Assembly: GCA_963818475.1 (NCBI GenBank)
Contig: CAWFSF010000006.1
Coordinates: forward strand, 1,536,001-1,600,000
Reading direction: 5' to 3'
Length of the DNA stretch: 64,000 nt
From: Nitrospirota bacterium
Lineage (GTDB): Bacteria; Nitrospirota; UBA9217
The translations under genes were made by a program, and so were the position numbers. Below the pieces are notes generated by a model. That model did not search any database and was not told the DNA's origin. It was given only the letters and a program-made list of their open reading frames with translations. This document shows positions 10,776 through 21,358 of this stretch, in pieces. How positions within the stretch are numbered: the first letter of the stretch is position 1; every line of letters begins with the position of its first letter.

Positions 10776-11399
10776 TTAATGCCGGAACCCGAGGTTGAAT
10801 GTCGCCGTGAACCCGTTCAATTTAACAGGCTGGCCGCCGTAATCCGGTTTGGCGCGCAGATACCTTCCCTCCAGTCCGACAAAAGTCGTATCTGAAACGT
10901 CGATGTTAAAGCCCGCTCCGGCATGTACTCCATAGGTTGTTTTCGACTCGCCGCTGAAACTGCCGAAGTTCCCGTCCACGTCCAATTTCGTGATGTATGC
11001 GCCGAGCCCGAACTCGCCGTAAAGCTCCACCACCCCGATCGGGATGATGCCCTTTGCGGTTACGAGGACCGGAACGGCTTTGAGCTTCGTAGTGCCCGGC
11101 TCCGCAGCGGCATGCCCTTCGCTCTCAAAATATCCGACTCCCAGTTCCAAAGCCAGTACTGGCAGGAGGTAGCCGCCGACTGCGATCTCGCCGTTGAACC
11201 CGGTCTTCGTGTCGATACGGGACGTGTTCCCTGAGTTGAAATTGCTGATGTCGTATTCCTCGCTTGGCGAATAGACCCCTCCCTTTAACACCCAGTAACC
11301 GTCGCGCATTCCTTCCGTTGCATAGGCCGTTGGTGCAATTCCTATTATTGTTAATGAGACTGCAAGCACAAAGAACATTACGATCTTGATCGTTTTCAT
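10776..11399 (-). CDS. Outer-membrane beta-barrel protein (OmpA/OmpW-like 8-stranded)
   Basis: Signal peptide, alternating beta strands, C-terminal FNLGFRH. Confidence 0.75.
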   Translation of the reverse strand: MKTIKIVMFFVLAVSLTIIGIAPTAYATEGMRDGYWVLKGGVYSPSEEYDISNFNSGNTSRIDTKTGFNGEIAVGGYLLPVLALELGVGYFESEGHAAAEPGTTKLKAVPVLVTAKGIIPIGVVELYGEFGLGAYITKLDVDGNFGSFSGESKTTYGVHAGAGFNIDVSDTTFVGLEGRYLRAKPDYGGQPVKLNGFTATFNLGFRH

Positions 11400-11710
11400 G
11401 TTTCCTCCCATCGGGCGTGCGCGCCTATCCTTCACATGATAGATACTCCAGAGTTTTAAGCATAGCGTAACAAACGTCTGGCGTCAATTGAGGGGGCTCT
11501 TGATACTATTGGCATATAAATGGGAACGGAAGGAGGACCGAATTGCGGACCGTTCTGATAAAAAAGCAAAACAAAGATAATTCCAGAGTTAACCAACCGG
11601 CTATGCACAAGCATTGCGTGCAATAACCTGTGCATTAATTGAATTTAAGTAACATATTGGATAAGATTGAAACAGAGAAATCCCACTCGCATGATTGCCC
11701 CGGAGACAAT

Positions 11711-14245
11711 ATGACGATCGCAACCGCATCATATGCGCAAGAGCAGAGAAGAGAAGAAAGACGCAAATATGTAAGGGCGCGTGACAATGTATCCACTCAA
11801 ATTATTACGAGGGCAAATTCAAGCGGTCCGGCAGATGAGCTCATGAATGAGTTTCTGGTTGGGTCCGCCAAAGCCATAGAATGCAGTTCCGCTCTCATCG
11901 TATTCCGCGAGGACGCTTTTCTGAGATCAAAGTACCAGTACGGGATGCCGGAGACCTCTGGTAAATCCTGGACGAACGAGGACCTCCCCCATGCGGTGCT
12001 TGCTGAAATTACCGGAAGGCGGGTGCTGATCGATGATACGCACGGGGACGAACGGGTCAACCGGGATGTCATGGCTGCCTATGGGATCCGCTCCGTCCTC
12101 GCCATTCCGCTTCTGGCAAGCGGCAGGGTGATTGGAATCACGCTCTATCACAACTCTGCACCGGCCTCTTTTACGCATGAGCAGGTGGAGTTTGCAACGC
12201 GTGCAGGAGATGTCGCTGCACTGGCTTTTGCTGACCGGCAGATGCGGGACAAATTCGACCGGCAGGAAAAGCGCCTGGCGACGCTTACCAGGCTGAGCGA
12301 AAGCCTGAACCGCACCAATGTGACCATTCATTCCCTCCGTCAGCCGCAGGAGATCATCCAGAGAGCGATCGTGGAAGGCACACAAGCCATCGAGGCCGAA
12401 AGCGCAATGATCTTTATTGAGGAAGACGGCCTTTGGCGCGTGGACAACGTGCACAACCTGCCGCAGGAGCTTGTAGGCAGGAAGTACACGAGGGAGGAGG
12501 TCCTTCACACGGTCATCGCAGCGGAAACCCGGCAACCGGTGCTCATTACCGATGTGGACCATGACCCGCGCATTAACAAGCAGTTTGCAAAGGACCTGAA
12601 GATCAGGTCGCTCATCGATTTTCCCCTGCTCATAAGCGAGAAGGCGGTCGGGGACATCGTTTTTCACTATCATACGACCACGGTCGGCTTTTCCGACCTC
12701 TATCTCGATTACGTCAGCAAGCTGGCGCCCGCGGTCTCCCTGGCCATCAACAACGCCTATCTTTTTAATGAGCTTGCCAGGTCCCGGGACCGGGCATCCT
12801 TCTTCGAAAAGGCTGTTCAGGCCTCTTCCCAGCCCTTTGCCTCGGCGCATCCCGAAGGCCTCATCATGAACTTTAACCAGGCTTTTGCCGAACTTACCGG
12901 GTACAGCGCGGACGAACTCCAAAAAAAGAACTGGATAGCAGACATCACGCCTCCGGAGTGGCGCGAGCTTACGGAAAAAATGCTGGCACGGGTGCGCGAA
13001 ACCGGAAAACCGCAGACCTATGAGAAGGAATATCTGCGGAAAGACGGAACGCGGGTGCCGGTGGAAACAACGGTAAATCAGGTTCTGGATGAAAAAGAAA
13101 ATATCGAGTACTACTATGTGTTTGTAAAAGACCTCACCGCGAGCAAGATATCTGAAAAGGAGCTTCTGCGGGCCAAGACCAGCCTCGAAGCCAACGTGAG
13201 CGAGCTGGAGCAGCGCAACAATGATATAAGAATGCTGAGCGCCATGGATTCGCTGCTTCAGGCAAGCACCACGCGCGATGAAGCAAAAGCTGTTGCGGTA
13301 AAAGCCCTGACACAGCTTTTCACTCTCGCACCCGGAGCACTATACCTGGTCCAGGCCCAGGGTGATGTCCTGGAATTAGGAGCGGCCTGGGGCGATGGTC
13401 AGATCGAAGAAAAGACGATCACCCAGAAAGACTGCTGGGCCTTGAGACTGGGACGCCTGTACTCCATTGAAGATCCGGTTTCCCAGAGCTTCTGCCCCCA
13501 TGTGAGCAAGGAACTTACAACGGGCTATATGTGCATCCCGATCACGGCGCAGAATGAGATGTTCGGCCTGCTGCACCTGCAGTTTCCGGCTGACTGGCTC
13601 AGTACGGAGAAGGAAAAAAAGTACATTCTGGAATACCGGAAACAGCTGGCGACAACAGCGGCGGAAAGTATGGCACTGTCATTCGCGAATTTTCATTTGC
13701 GCGAGATCCTTTACAGCCAATCGATCAAGGACCCGCTGACCGAACTCTTCAACAGGCGCTACATGCGCGAGATCCTGGAAAAGGAGGTGCACAGGATGAC
13801 GCGCAGGAAGCGTTCCCTCGCGATCATCATGTTCGATCTGGACCATTTCAAGGAGTTCAACGACCAATACGGCCATGAGGCGGGCGACATTCTGCTTCGG
13901 GAGCTCGCGGAGAACGTGAGAGGCCAGATCAGGGAAGAGGATTTCGCCTGCCGGTATGGGGGCGAGGAATTCGTGATCGGGATGCCCGAAACTTCGCTCG
14001 AGGACGCCCGGGAGCGCGCGGAACGTTTGCGCGAAAAGATCTCGCAGATCACGATCCAGTACCTGGGGAAAAGCCTCGGCCCGGTCACGATATCCGCCGG
14101 GGTGGCCGTGCTGCCCGAGCATGGCACGTCGCAAAGCGAGCTGCTGCGGTCGGCGGACGCGGCTCTCTACGCGGCCAAGGAGCAAGGGAGGAACCGGGTG
14201 GTAACGGCCGACCAAAAACAGGAAGTTAATGATAAGCAGGAATAA
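11711..14245 (+). CDS. GAF-GAF-PAS-GAF diguanylate cyclase
   Basis: GIRSVLAIPL, IRSLIDFPL, PAS (NQAFAELTGYS, RKDGT), DPLTELFNRR, DLDHFKEFNDQYGHEAGD, REED I-site, GGEEF. Confidence 0.9.
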   Translation: MTIATASYAQEQRREERRKYVRARDNVSTQIITRANSSGPADELMNEFLVGSAKAIECSSALIVFREDAFLRSKYQYGMPETSGKSWTNEDLPHAVLAEITGRRVLIDDTHGDERVNRDVMAAYGIRSVLAIPLLASGRVIGITLYHNSAPASFTHEQVEFATRAGDVAALAFADRQMRDKFDRQEKRLATLTRLSESLNRTNVTIHSLRQPQEIIQRAIVEGTQAIEAESAMIFIEEDGLWRVDNVHNLPQELVGRKYTREEVLHTVIAAETRQPVLITDVDHDPRINKQFAKDLKIRSLIDFPLLISEKAVGDIVFHYHTTTVGFSDLYLDYVSKLAPAVSLAINNAYLFNELARSRDRASFFEKAVQASSQPFASAHPEGLIMNFNQAFAELTGYSADELQKKNWIADITPPEWRELTEKMLARVRETGKPQTYEKEYLRKDGTRVPVETTVNQVLDEKENIEYYYVFVKDLTASKISEKELLRAKTSLEANVSELEQRNNDIRMLSAMDSLLQASTTRDEAKAVAVKALTQLFTLAPGALYLVQAQGDVLELGAAWGDGQIEEKTITQKDCWALRLGRLYSIEDPVSQSFCPHVSKELTTGYMCIPITAQNEMFGLLHLQFPADWLSTEKEKKYILEYRKQLATTAAESMALSFANFHLREILYSQSIKDPLTELFNRRYMREILEKEVHRMTRRKRSLAIIMFDLDHFKEFNDQYGHEAGDILLRELAENVRGQIREEDFACRYGGEEFVIGMPETSLEDARERAERLREKISQITIQYLGKSLGPVTISAGVAVLPEHGTSQSELLRSADAALYAAKEQGRNRVVTADQKQEVNDKQE

Positions 14246-14292
14246 AGGATCAGACTGCAGCAAGGGAGAAGTATATCAGAACTGAGGATCGC

Positions 14293-15478
14293 ATGATTAT
14301 TGCCGGCAGGCATCTCCGCTCTTGCAGGGTCTCCTTGTTTTTCAGCCTCGTTCTTCTTCTCGCCGGTTTTCATAACGTGAGCGCCGAAACCACTGGACAG
14401 CCTGCAATAAATTCCATTACGACGGATACGACGGATAGCCCGGTGAGCACGGAAACGAATACCCGGCAGGCCCCATCTTCACCTGCTGCACAGCAGGAGA
14501 CTAAGCCCGTCCAGGCCCCTCTACCGCTGACGCCAACCGAAGCTGCGAAGCGATTGGGGCCGCAAGTAGACCCCTGTTATACCGTCAAGGTGGCCGGAGA
14601 TAACTGGATGGACCAGGTGCATGGCTTTGTGCAGGATAACACCTGTGAACCAGCGGTATGGTTTGATACCTTCTTTGTGAAGGACCATGTTTTGCTGGAT
14701 CTCCGGCCCGGCCTGTTCATCAGATTAAGAAATTCAGCCCGGTGGACCGAATCGCAGACGGTCGCTTATATCCGCGATCTCCATCTCGAGTGGGAGCTGC
14801 CCCAATGGAAAAAATTCCTGAAAAAATCAAAGTTATATTTCGAGTCGAGATCTGCTGCCGACAAATACACTACCCAGCCCGGCCAGCCCATCGAACCGGC
14901 AATCGACCGGAAAACGGGAACCAGAAAACCCATCATCGGGCTGCGGGCGGATCCCTATACCAGGCTCCGTGCACTGGTCAGTATTGACAGCGGTGTCAAG
15001 ATCGGCATACATTCCGATGCCCATATCAGGATGCGCTATCAGTACGTGAACCCCTTTGGCGAGGTTTACCTCCTCCGATTTTCCGAGATCGCCATGTGGC
15101 AAGCCATTGAACATTTCTCGAACACCGTGCAGTTCGATCTTGAACGAAAGTTCACCCCGTTTACGTTCGTCCGGTGGGGCAATAACGTGACCTACACTCG
15201 AGGACACGCCCGGCGTAACCTGGAATACCGGGATCAGTCTTTTCACTCAATTGACGCCCAAGAGCGCAATTTCCTATGATACCAGTATATGGGGAGTGAA
15301 TCATCCTCATTGGGCCATTCAGAATTACCGGGTCGGATTACTCTATCGACGGAATTTTTACCGGCCCTGGCTCTTTTTCGAGCTTGCGCCTGAAGTCACC
15401 TGGCCGAAAGATGCGAGCGGCCACAGGAATTCCGTTTACGCTTTCATGGCTACCCTTGAGATTCAATTCGGCAAGTAA
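14293..15478 (+). CDS. Exported, probable outer-membrane beta-barrel protein (frameshift near 15200)
   Basis: Signal peptide, P/T-rich linker, WFDTFF, beta-rich body ending YRRNFYRPWLFFELAPE...LEIQFGK. Confidence 0.6.
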
Positions 15479-15658
15479 TTCAGGTGAGACCGGAGCTATA
15501 ATAAAATCAGAGCGCAAGAGAAAGTTACGGAATGCAGTTCCGCTCTGACTGTATTCCATGAGAACGCCTTTACCAGGACTCCGGGTATTAGTTTGCCGTG
15601 GCTACATTGATTAACATTGCAATCGTATGATTGCACATCTGAAGACAGGAGGAGTGAA

Positions 15659-16222
15659 ATGAAGAAGAATGTTTTCATGACAGTATTAGTTGTTTTTGGA
15701 TTAGCCTTGTTTCCGGGTTGCGTCACGATACAAACATGGCCAGATGAGGAAAGGAGTGCAGAGAACAAGATGGTAGTGCTCCAGGAGAAGATTGGGGAAG
15801 GGCTGAAAACCGGTGCGCTTACACCCGACCAATCACAGATGTTTCTGACGAAGCTAAAAGATATTCGAACAGACTATACTGCGCTGAAAGACAGAAGGGT
15901 TTACCGGAGCGAGTGGCAAAGCCTCCATGGAAGACTTGATGCACTGGGAGAGGAGATCAACAGGGCGCTGAGCCGAACAACAAGAGTTGAAGAACCAAGG
16001 AGTGGTGACAGAATTGCCGCACTCCAAAGGAGAATTGATGATGGGAGAAGCAGCGGACGTTTGCCTCAGACAGAAGGGCGGGAATTTCAATCCAGGCTGG
16101 ACTCCATTCGGCATGATTATTTGCGGATGACGGAAGGAGGCAGATACGGCACGACCGAAGAGAGTGCGGACATTTCCCGCAGGCTCGATTACCTGGAAGC
16201 GGATCTAAACAGGTTCCGATAG
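15659..16222 (+). CDS. Lipoprotein with two helical repeats
   Basis: Lipobox FPGC; GGAGG RBS; duplicated I..G...G.L..../L..IR.DY/RLD.L....NR unit. Confidence 0.7.
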   Translation: MKKNVFMTVLVVFGLALFPGCVTIQTWPDEERSAENKMVVLQEKIGEGLKTGALTPDQSQMFLTKLKDIRTDYTALKDRRVYRSEWQSLHGRLDALGEEINRALSRTTRVEEPRSGDRIAALQRRIDDGRSSGRLPQTEGREFQSRLDSIRHDYLRMTEGGRYGTTEESADISRRLDYLEADLNRFR

Positions 16223-16384
16223 AACTTTCCAGAAAAATCGGCATCCGGACATTCCGCGAATGCACTCTTTATCTATTCTGAGTGATCGGGTTGCCCTGTC
16301 AAGTGCGAGTTTCACGCCCTCACACTGCTGTATGGAGATGGGGAAATATCCCTTCTCCTTACAATGCATGAAAGGAGAAATACC

Positions 16385-16576
16385 ATGCCATTAATTCAAT
16401 TGGTGATTGTCCTGGTTGTCGTTGGGGTGATTCTCTGGGTGATTAACAGCTACATACCGATGCAGCACACCATAAAGAAAATTTTAAATGTGGTAGTGGT
16501 TATTGCGGTGATTCTCTGGCTATTGAGTGTCTTCGGGCTCATCGGAAACCTCTCAACGATTCGTATTGGGAAGTGA
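16385..16576 (+). CDS. Thivi_2564-family small membrane protein
   Basis: MPLIQLVIVLVVVGVILWVINSYIPMQHTIKKILNVVV; AGGAG RBS. Confidence 0.8.
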   Translation: MPLIQLVIVLVVVGVILWVINSYIPMQHTIKKILNVVVVIAVILWLLSVFGLIGNLSTIRIGK

Positions 16577-16760
16577 ATGGTTTAAAGATGCTCTCCATTC
16601 ACGGTCCACTGGCGTTCTGTGATCGCAACAAGCTTGCAGGGCGGGTAGAACTTTATGGTGTATGCGAGGTGCATTCCTGTCCGAAACCGTATAGGACCGT
16701 AGAGGGTTAGGTTTGACCGTTTTGGGCACGGGACATGGAGTACTGACATCACGTACATGA

Positions 16761-16792
16761 GAAGGCGGGCCAAGTGGCCCGCCTTCGTTTTT
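16761..16792 (+). terminator. Intrinsic terminator
   Basis: gaaggcgggcca-ag-tggcccgccttc followed by gttttt. Confidence 0.75.
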
Positions 16793-16835
16793 AGAACGAT
16801 GTCATAACAGGTTGCCGTACCAGCCAATCCTTAGG

Positions 16836-18232
16836 TGTCAAATGTCAGGACATCGGTTACCCGATTCTAATGGTCCCATATATCAAGACATCGGTTACCC
16901 GAGTCTGATAGTTTGCTCAACTGGTAGTAAATCGTCCGGCATTAGGTACTCAAAAGTATCGACGATGTCATTTCCTAGATAGAGCTGCACAGCATGTAGA
17001 TTCGTTACAATCTGTGCCCTGACATAAGAGTATATGAGGTCTCTTGATACCTCGAAACGTTCTCCAAAGATATCAAGCTGCCGATTGCTCCGGATGAACC
17101 GTACGAGAGATACATTTCCATCCGGGATGAAGCTAAGATCCGGCATCTTGCTATTCGACCTCACGGTTATTGGCGCAAAGCCGTGGGCCAGTTTCATTTC
17201 ATGAGCCGTTTTCCCTTTGAGGCAGCTGTATCGGTGATGCTTGTTGTGAAACCGTTGAAAATTCTTGTTCTGCTGTTTCAGCACAGCATAGCTTGAGAAC
17301 CATTGCCGACGAAAGAACCGTTTGTCGTAGGTGTCATTGAAACGTTCCACAACGCCGTTACGCCATGGTTCTCCGATCGGGATGAATACCGGATGGACAC
17401 CGTAACTCAGACAAAGCCGTATGACCATCCCCATGGACCTGGGATGCCGGTTGCTGCCCCGGAAGTTCAGCGCGTTGTCCATCTGCAGGTAATCAGGGAT
17501 GCCCATGGTCTTCCAACAGCGCAAAAGGCCTTGGCAGACGTGGGAATCCTGTTTCGTTCTTTGAGCCTCGGTGTAGACTTCATGGCTGAACAGATCAATG
17601 ACATTCAGCGCATAGAATCTGCCGTCATCTTTAATGTAGCGCGGCCCCACCAGGTCCATCTGGTGGATGTTGTTGCATCCCAAGGCTTCGGTGAAGTACG
17701 GGTATTCGACCCCTTTGGGCGCATAAGCTGTTTTTTTTAACGAGCCCTTCGCGTTTCAACACCCGGTTTATCGTGCTGTCCGAGGGAAACGGCAACCCTT
17801 GCTTCTTAAGCTCCCATTTTATGGAGGAAACTCCAATTTGGGCATAAGGGGCATCCACCAAGTTTTGTCTGGTCGAAAGAATACGCTCTTTCGACTTCTC
17901 GTCGATTTCTGAGGGCTTTGTTTTGGGAGCGCGAGATTGCTCTTTGTACCAGTCGGGTCCGCCGGTTCGATATCGTATCAGCCATTTGAAGAACCACTTT
18001 TTGGATCGGTTCAGGCTGGTATAAACATCCTTTGGCGATTCGCCTCCCTGGATGTGTCGGCTAATAGCTGCCTGTCTGAGTTCTTCTTCCATAGAGGCTC
18101 TCCTTCTTGATTCAGATTAGGAGAGCATGATAGCATCAAACAGCATTAAGGAAACTGACATCCTAATTTAAATGGATTTCGGGTAACCGATGTCTTGACA
18201 TATCCGGGTAACCGATGTCCTGAAACTTGTCA
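16836..18232 (-). mobile_element. IS481-like insertion sequence
   Basis: Terminal IRs TGTCAAATGTCAGGACATCGGTTACCCG / TGACAAGTTTCAGGACATCGGTTACCCG; 6-bp TSD CTTAGG at 16830-16835 and 18233-18238; rve-type transposase inside. Confidence 0.9.
16895..18092 (-). CDS. DDE (rve) transposase, split at an A8 run (-1 frame)
   Basis: HTH ORF 17631..18092 (KWFFKWLIRY, SRAP, STINRVLKR) joins catalytic ORF 16895..17683 (HQMD, QMDN, NGVVERFN) at GTTAAAAAAAAC. Confidence 0.88.
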
Positions 18233-18240
18233 CTTAGGCA

Positions 18241-19623
18241 CTAGCCTCCGGGCAGGAAATCAATCGGATACAGAATGGTGGTCTTGGAAACCTTCTCCTT
18301 CGGTCCGAAGTTGAACTTCTTGACACGCTCCACGATCTGGGCCACCAGCTCCGGCGAGGCCAGATCGTTCGACTGCACCGTACATGCGGAGACCTCGCCA
18401 CCCGGCTCGATGGTGATGCGCAGTATGATCTTGCCGCGCAGGGTCGGGTTCTTGCGTAATTCGGCATTGTACATCCGATAGAGCGTCGCCTTGTATTTAT
18501 CGAAGACGATCTGGATCTCTTCGTCGGTTCGTGCCGGTCCGGGTCCGGAACTGAGCGGCCTCGCCTCTTCCGTCAGCCCCGCAACCGTACTTTCTACCCT
18601 TGTAAAACCCACACCGCCGATACGATTGCCATTGCCGCTGCCGATATTGCGGCTGACTCCGGCATTGCTGATGCCACCACTGCCGCCGGAGCCGCCCGTT
18701 GACGGCATAGCGACTATTGATCGGCTGGCCCGGGCCTGACCTGCCGCCACGGGCGACTGGTTGCTCAGACGCGCCTCAGCGCCGAGCCGCGCAACGGGAG
18801 TTTCATCCATTAGATCTTTAAAGCTCTCCTTGAAAGCCAGAACCCCCGTGCTCTCTGCTTTTTTACGCGCGGCCTGTGTTTCTTCGGTGGTTGGTTTGGG
18901 TTGGTCTTCCTGCTGTTTCTCCGGCGCCTTTTCCTGATCGGGCTTCTTTTCTTCCTTGGGGCGTGGCGGCTCAGGCTTGGGCGGCTCCTTTCTCAGCAGA
19001 GAGACCAGACGTTGCGGAACCACAGCCACGACCGGGCGGACCGGCGGCGGCAGTTTCCACAGGCGCATCAGAGTGCTGAAAAAGAAAAAGAATAACAAAG
19101 CGACAAGCAAGGCCCGGCGGAAGCGTCTTTCGCTCTCGGCGTCTTTGGTCCAGGGCATGATCATCGCGCGATAAGGAACGGACGAAATCTCCCGCTCTAT
19201 GACGTACTCTTCCTGGCGCCGTTCTTCACGGGCGTACGCATCACGTACTTCTTCGTCGAGGATGTCCAGCTCATCCAGGCATCGGTTGATCTGCCCCTGG
19301 AGAGATGCCTGTTTTTCCAGAATCCCGCTGATCTCCCCCTCAAAGCGGGCAACCCGGCTCCTCGCCCGTTCCAGGTGTCCGGCGACATTTTGGGCCTCCG
19401 CGACTCCTTCCCAAAAGAGTTCATCCGCTTTCAGTTCCCCCAGCTTGTCGAGCGCATTGCAGACGTCCCGCAAGGCATCGAACCGCTGTCTGTCGGCGGA
19501 AAACGTTTCCAGCTCTGCCTCTACAGCGCGCAACTCGCCTTCCAGCACCTCGTGTTTTTGCCGGGTTTGCTCGATCTGTGCGTTCAGCTGCGCCAATTCC
19601 TCTGCTAACATGGATGTATTCAC
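18241..19623 (-). CDS. AgmX/GltG-like TonB-type protein with N-terminal coiled coil
   Basis: Coiled coil, one TM, Pro/Lys/Glu linker, Gly-rich spacer, C-terminal RTDEEIQIVFD...YNAELRKNPTLRGKI...FNFG...YPIDF (AgmX/PglI C-terminal type). Confidence 0.85.
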   Translation of the reverse strand: MNTSMLAEELAQLNAQIEQTRQKHEVLEGELRAVEAELETFSADRQRFDALRDVCNALDKLGELKADELFWEGVAEAQNVAGHLERARSRVARFEGEISGILEKQASLQGQINRCLDELDILDEEVRDAYAREERRQEEYVIEREISSVPYRAMIMPWTKDAESERRFRRALLVALLFFFFFSTLMRLWKLPPPVRPVVAVVPQRLVSLLRKEPPKPEPPRPKEEKKPDQEKAPEKQQEDQPKPTTEETQAARKKAESTGVLAFKESFKDLMDETPVARLGAEARLSNQSPVAAGQARASRSIVAMPSTGGSGGSGGISNAGVSRNIGSGNGNRIGGVGFTRVESTVAGLTEEARPLSSGPGPARTDEEIQIVFDKYKATLYRMYNAELRKNPTLRGKIILRITIEPGGEVSACTVQSNDLASPELVAQIVERVKKFNFGPKEKVSKTTILYPIDFLPGG

Positions 19624-19633
19624 GGCAGCCCCA

Positions 19634-20132
19634 CTATCTTTTTGCTTCCTTCTGGACGACGGCGAGGGAAATCTTTCCGTATCCAGAAGCCGTGCAGGTC
19701 GACATTATTTTTTTAAGCACTTTGAACGGAATCGTTTTATCGGCAAGGAGAGTGATTTCCTTGCTTTCGGCAGCCGTCTTGGTGCTTGTCTCGATAACAT
19801 TGCGAAGCTGTTCCAGTCGCTCTCTTAGTTCATAAACTATCCCGATTGCTGTCATCGAGAAGTTTGGGGGTGCTGATCACGGCTTCGCCCTGAACCATTA
19901 CTACTTCGGGGGTGACCACGATCGTCACTGTTTCCCTTGGCTTGGTCTCGACAACGGAAGCGGGCAGCGTGATCTGCGCTTCCGGCATAGTACTGTTGAA
20001 TGAGTGAAAAAGCAGAAAGAACACCAGAACGCAAAGAACATCCATCATCGGTATCAGGTTTATGCCGAGACCTGCAATATGGCCTTTTCTGTTGTTACGC
20101 TCCATCCGTTTCATACGTCTGCTTTCTTTCAT
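19634..20132 (-). CDS. ExbD/TolR-family protein (AglS-like; frameshift near 19845)
   Basis: INLIPMMDVLCVLVFFLL with TM Asp; ITLLADKTIPFKVLKKIMSTC. Confidence 0.85.
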
Positions 20133-20631
20133 GGTGCGTCTCCTAGGGATATCTTCGGAAAGAGAACTATTTTGTTGATCTCTTTGCTCCCTTCCGCCCG
20201 CACTTCGGCGCCACGAACCGCATCCATGACCTGGATCAGATAGTCGTATTCGATCTTCGGCTCCATCAGAATCGTCGCGTCTTCCTTCTCCGGATATTGG
20301 GCCTTCAGGCGAAGGAGCATTTTGGACAGCAGCTCAAGATCGTATTTATCGTCTTTTTTCGGAATCGCGGCCTCCACGGACGACCCGTTGGCAATTTCCA
20401 GTCCTGCCTTGCGGACAATCACCTCGATGGCGAAATTCGGCTTGCCGGCCGCTCCGCCGGCGTCGGTCGGGACACTCAATTCCTGGATCGTAATGCTCAT
20501 AAAGACGGCAGAGATGAGCAGAAAGACCACCAGAACGGTAAGAATATCCATCATGGGTGTCAGGTTCAAGACTTCCATGATATCCGTAGCGACCTCATTC
20601 TTTTCTTTCTGTTACGATATCGTCTCGCCAT
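20129..20631 (-). CDS. ExbD/TolR-family protein (AglQ-like)
   Basis: LNLTPMMDILTVLVVFLL, YDYLIQVMDAVR, LFPKISLG; 5' end frameshifted. Confidence 0.85.
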
Positions 20632-20640
20632 GATCAGCTC

Positions 20641-20692
20641 CTGTCAAATTGGCGCTTGGTCAAACTGGAGGACTGTCAAATTGGCGCTTGGT
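20641..20692. repeat. 20-bp direct repeat at the 3' end of the ExbB-like gene
   Basis: ctgtcaaattggcgcttggt at 20641-20660 and 20673-20692. Confidence 0.85.
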
Positions 20693-21321
20693 AAAATTGG
20701 ACATGGTATTGAGCGCCTTTACCGATGCCATCTCCAGGCTGTTCACGATCTGACCCGTGGCTGTTGTCAGGCGGGCATGGAGCAGCAGAAGCGGGATCGC
20801 GGCCATCAGACCAAAGGCGGTGCAGTTCATGGCCTCCGAAATGCTGGCCGCGAGCAGGGCGGCCTTCTCGGCGGGGCTCGCACGTGGCAACCGCGCCGAA
20901 GGCCGTGATAAGACCCATGATGGTGCCGAGCAGTCCGAACAGGGTGGCGATATTCGAGAGCAGCGCCAGGTACGGTGTGCGCTTTTCCAATTGAGGAACG
21001 ATCTCCATCATGCTCTCTTCCATGGCGATTTCTATGTCTTCCCGTCGCCTGACCGCCCCCTGGCGCGCCAATCCCATCCCCAGCATTTGCGCCATACTGG
21101 ATTTGTCCTCGTTGACCATTTCCCGGGCCTTATCGAACTCTCCCTTTTCCATCACCGGATACAGCGAGTCCCATATTCTTCTGGTTTGCGTCCTGGATGC
21201 GTTTCAATTGAACCCAGCGTTCAAACGCGATGGCCAGACCGACCGCAAGCACGAGTAGAATAGGGAACATGAAGAACCCACCCGTCTGAAAAAACCTTAC
21301 TATTGCATATACGAATCCCAT
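20660..21321 (-). CDS. MotA/TolQ/ExbB proton channel (AglR-like; frameshifted)
   Basis: GGFFMFPIL...AIAFERW, ATLFGLLGTIMGLITAF, ISEAMNCTAFGLMAAIP. Confidence 0.88.
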
Positions 21322-21358
21322 CTTTTTTTCCTCCTTTTTCACTAACGAGACAACGAAG

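Noticed and set aside
16849-16902. Mini CRISPR or iterons (gacatcggttacccga twice)
   Set aside because: Mirrored at 18179-18223, so these are IS end motifs.
18241-21321. Ordinary TonB-ExbBD iron uptake or Tol-Pal system
   Set aside because: No TonB-dependent receptor, TolB or Pal; the paired ExbD, TPR and AgmX-type C-terminus fit Agl-Glt-like loci.
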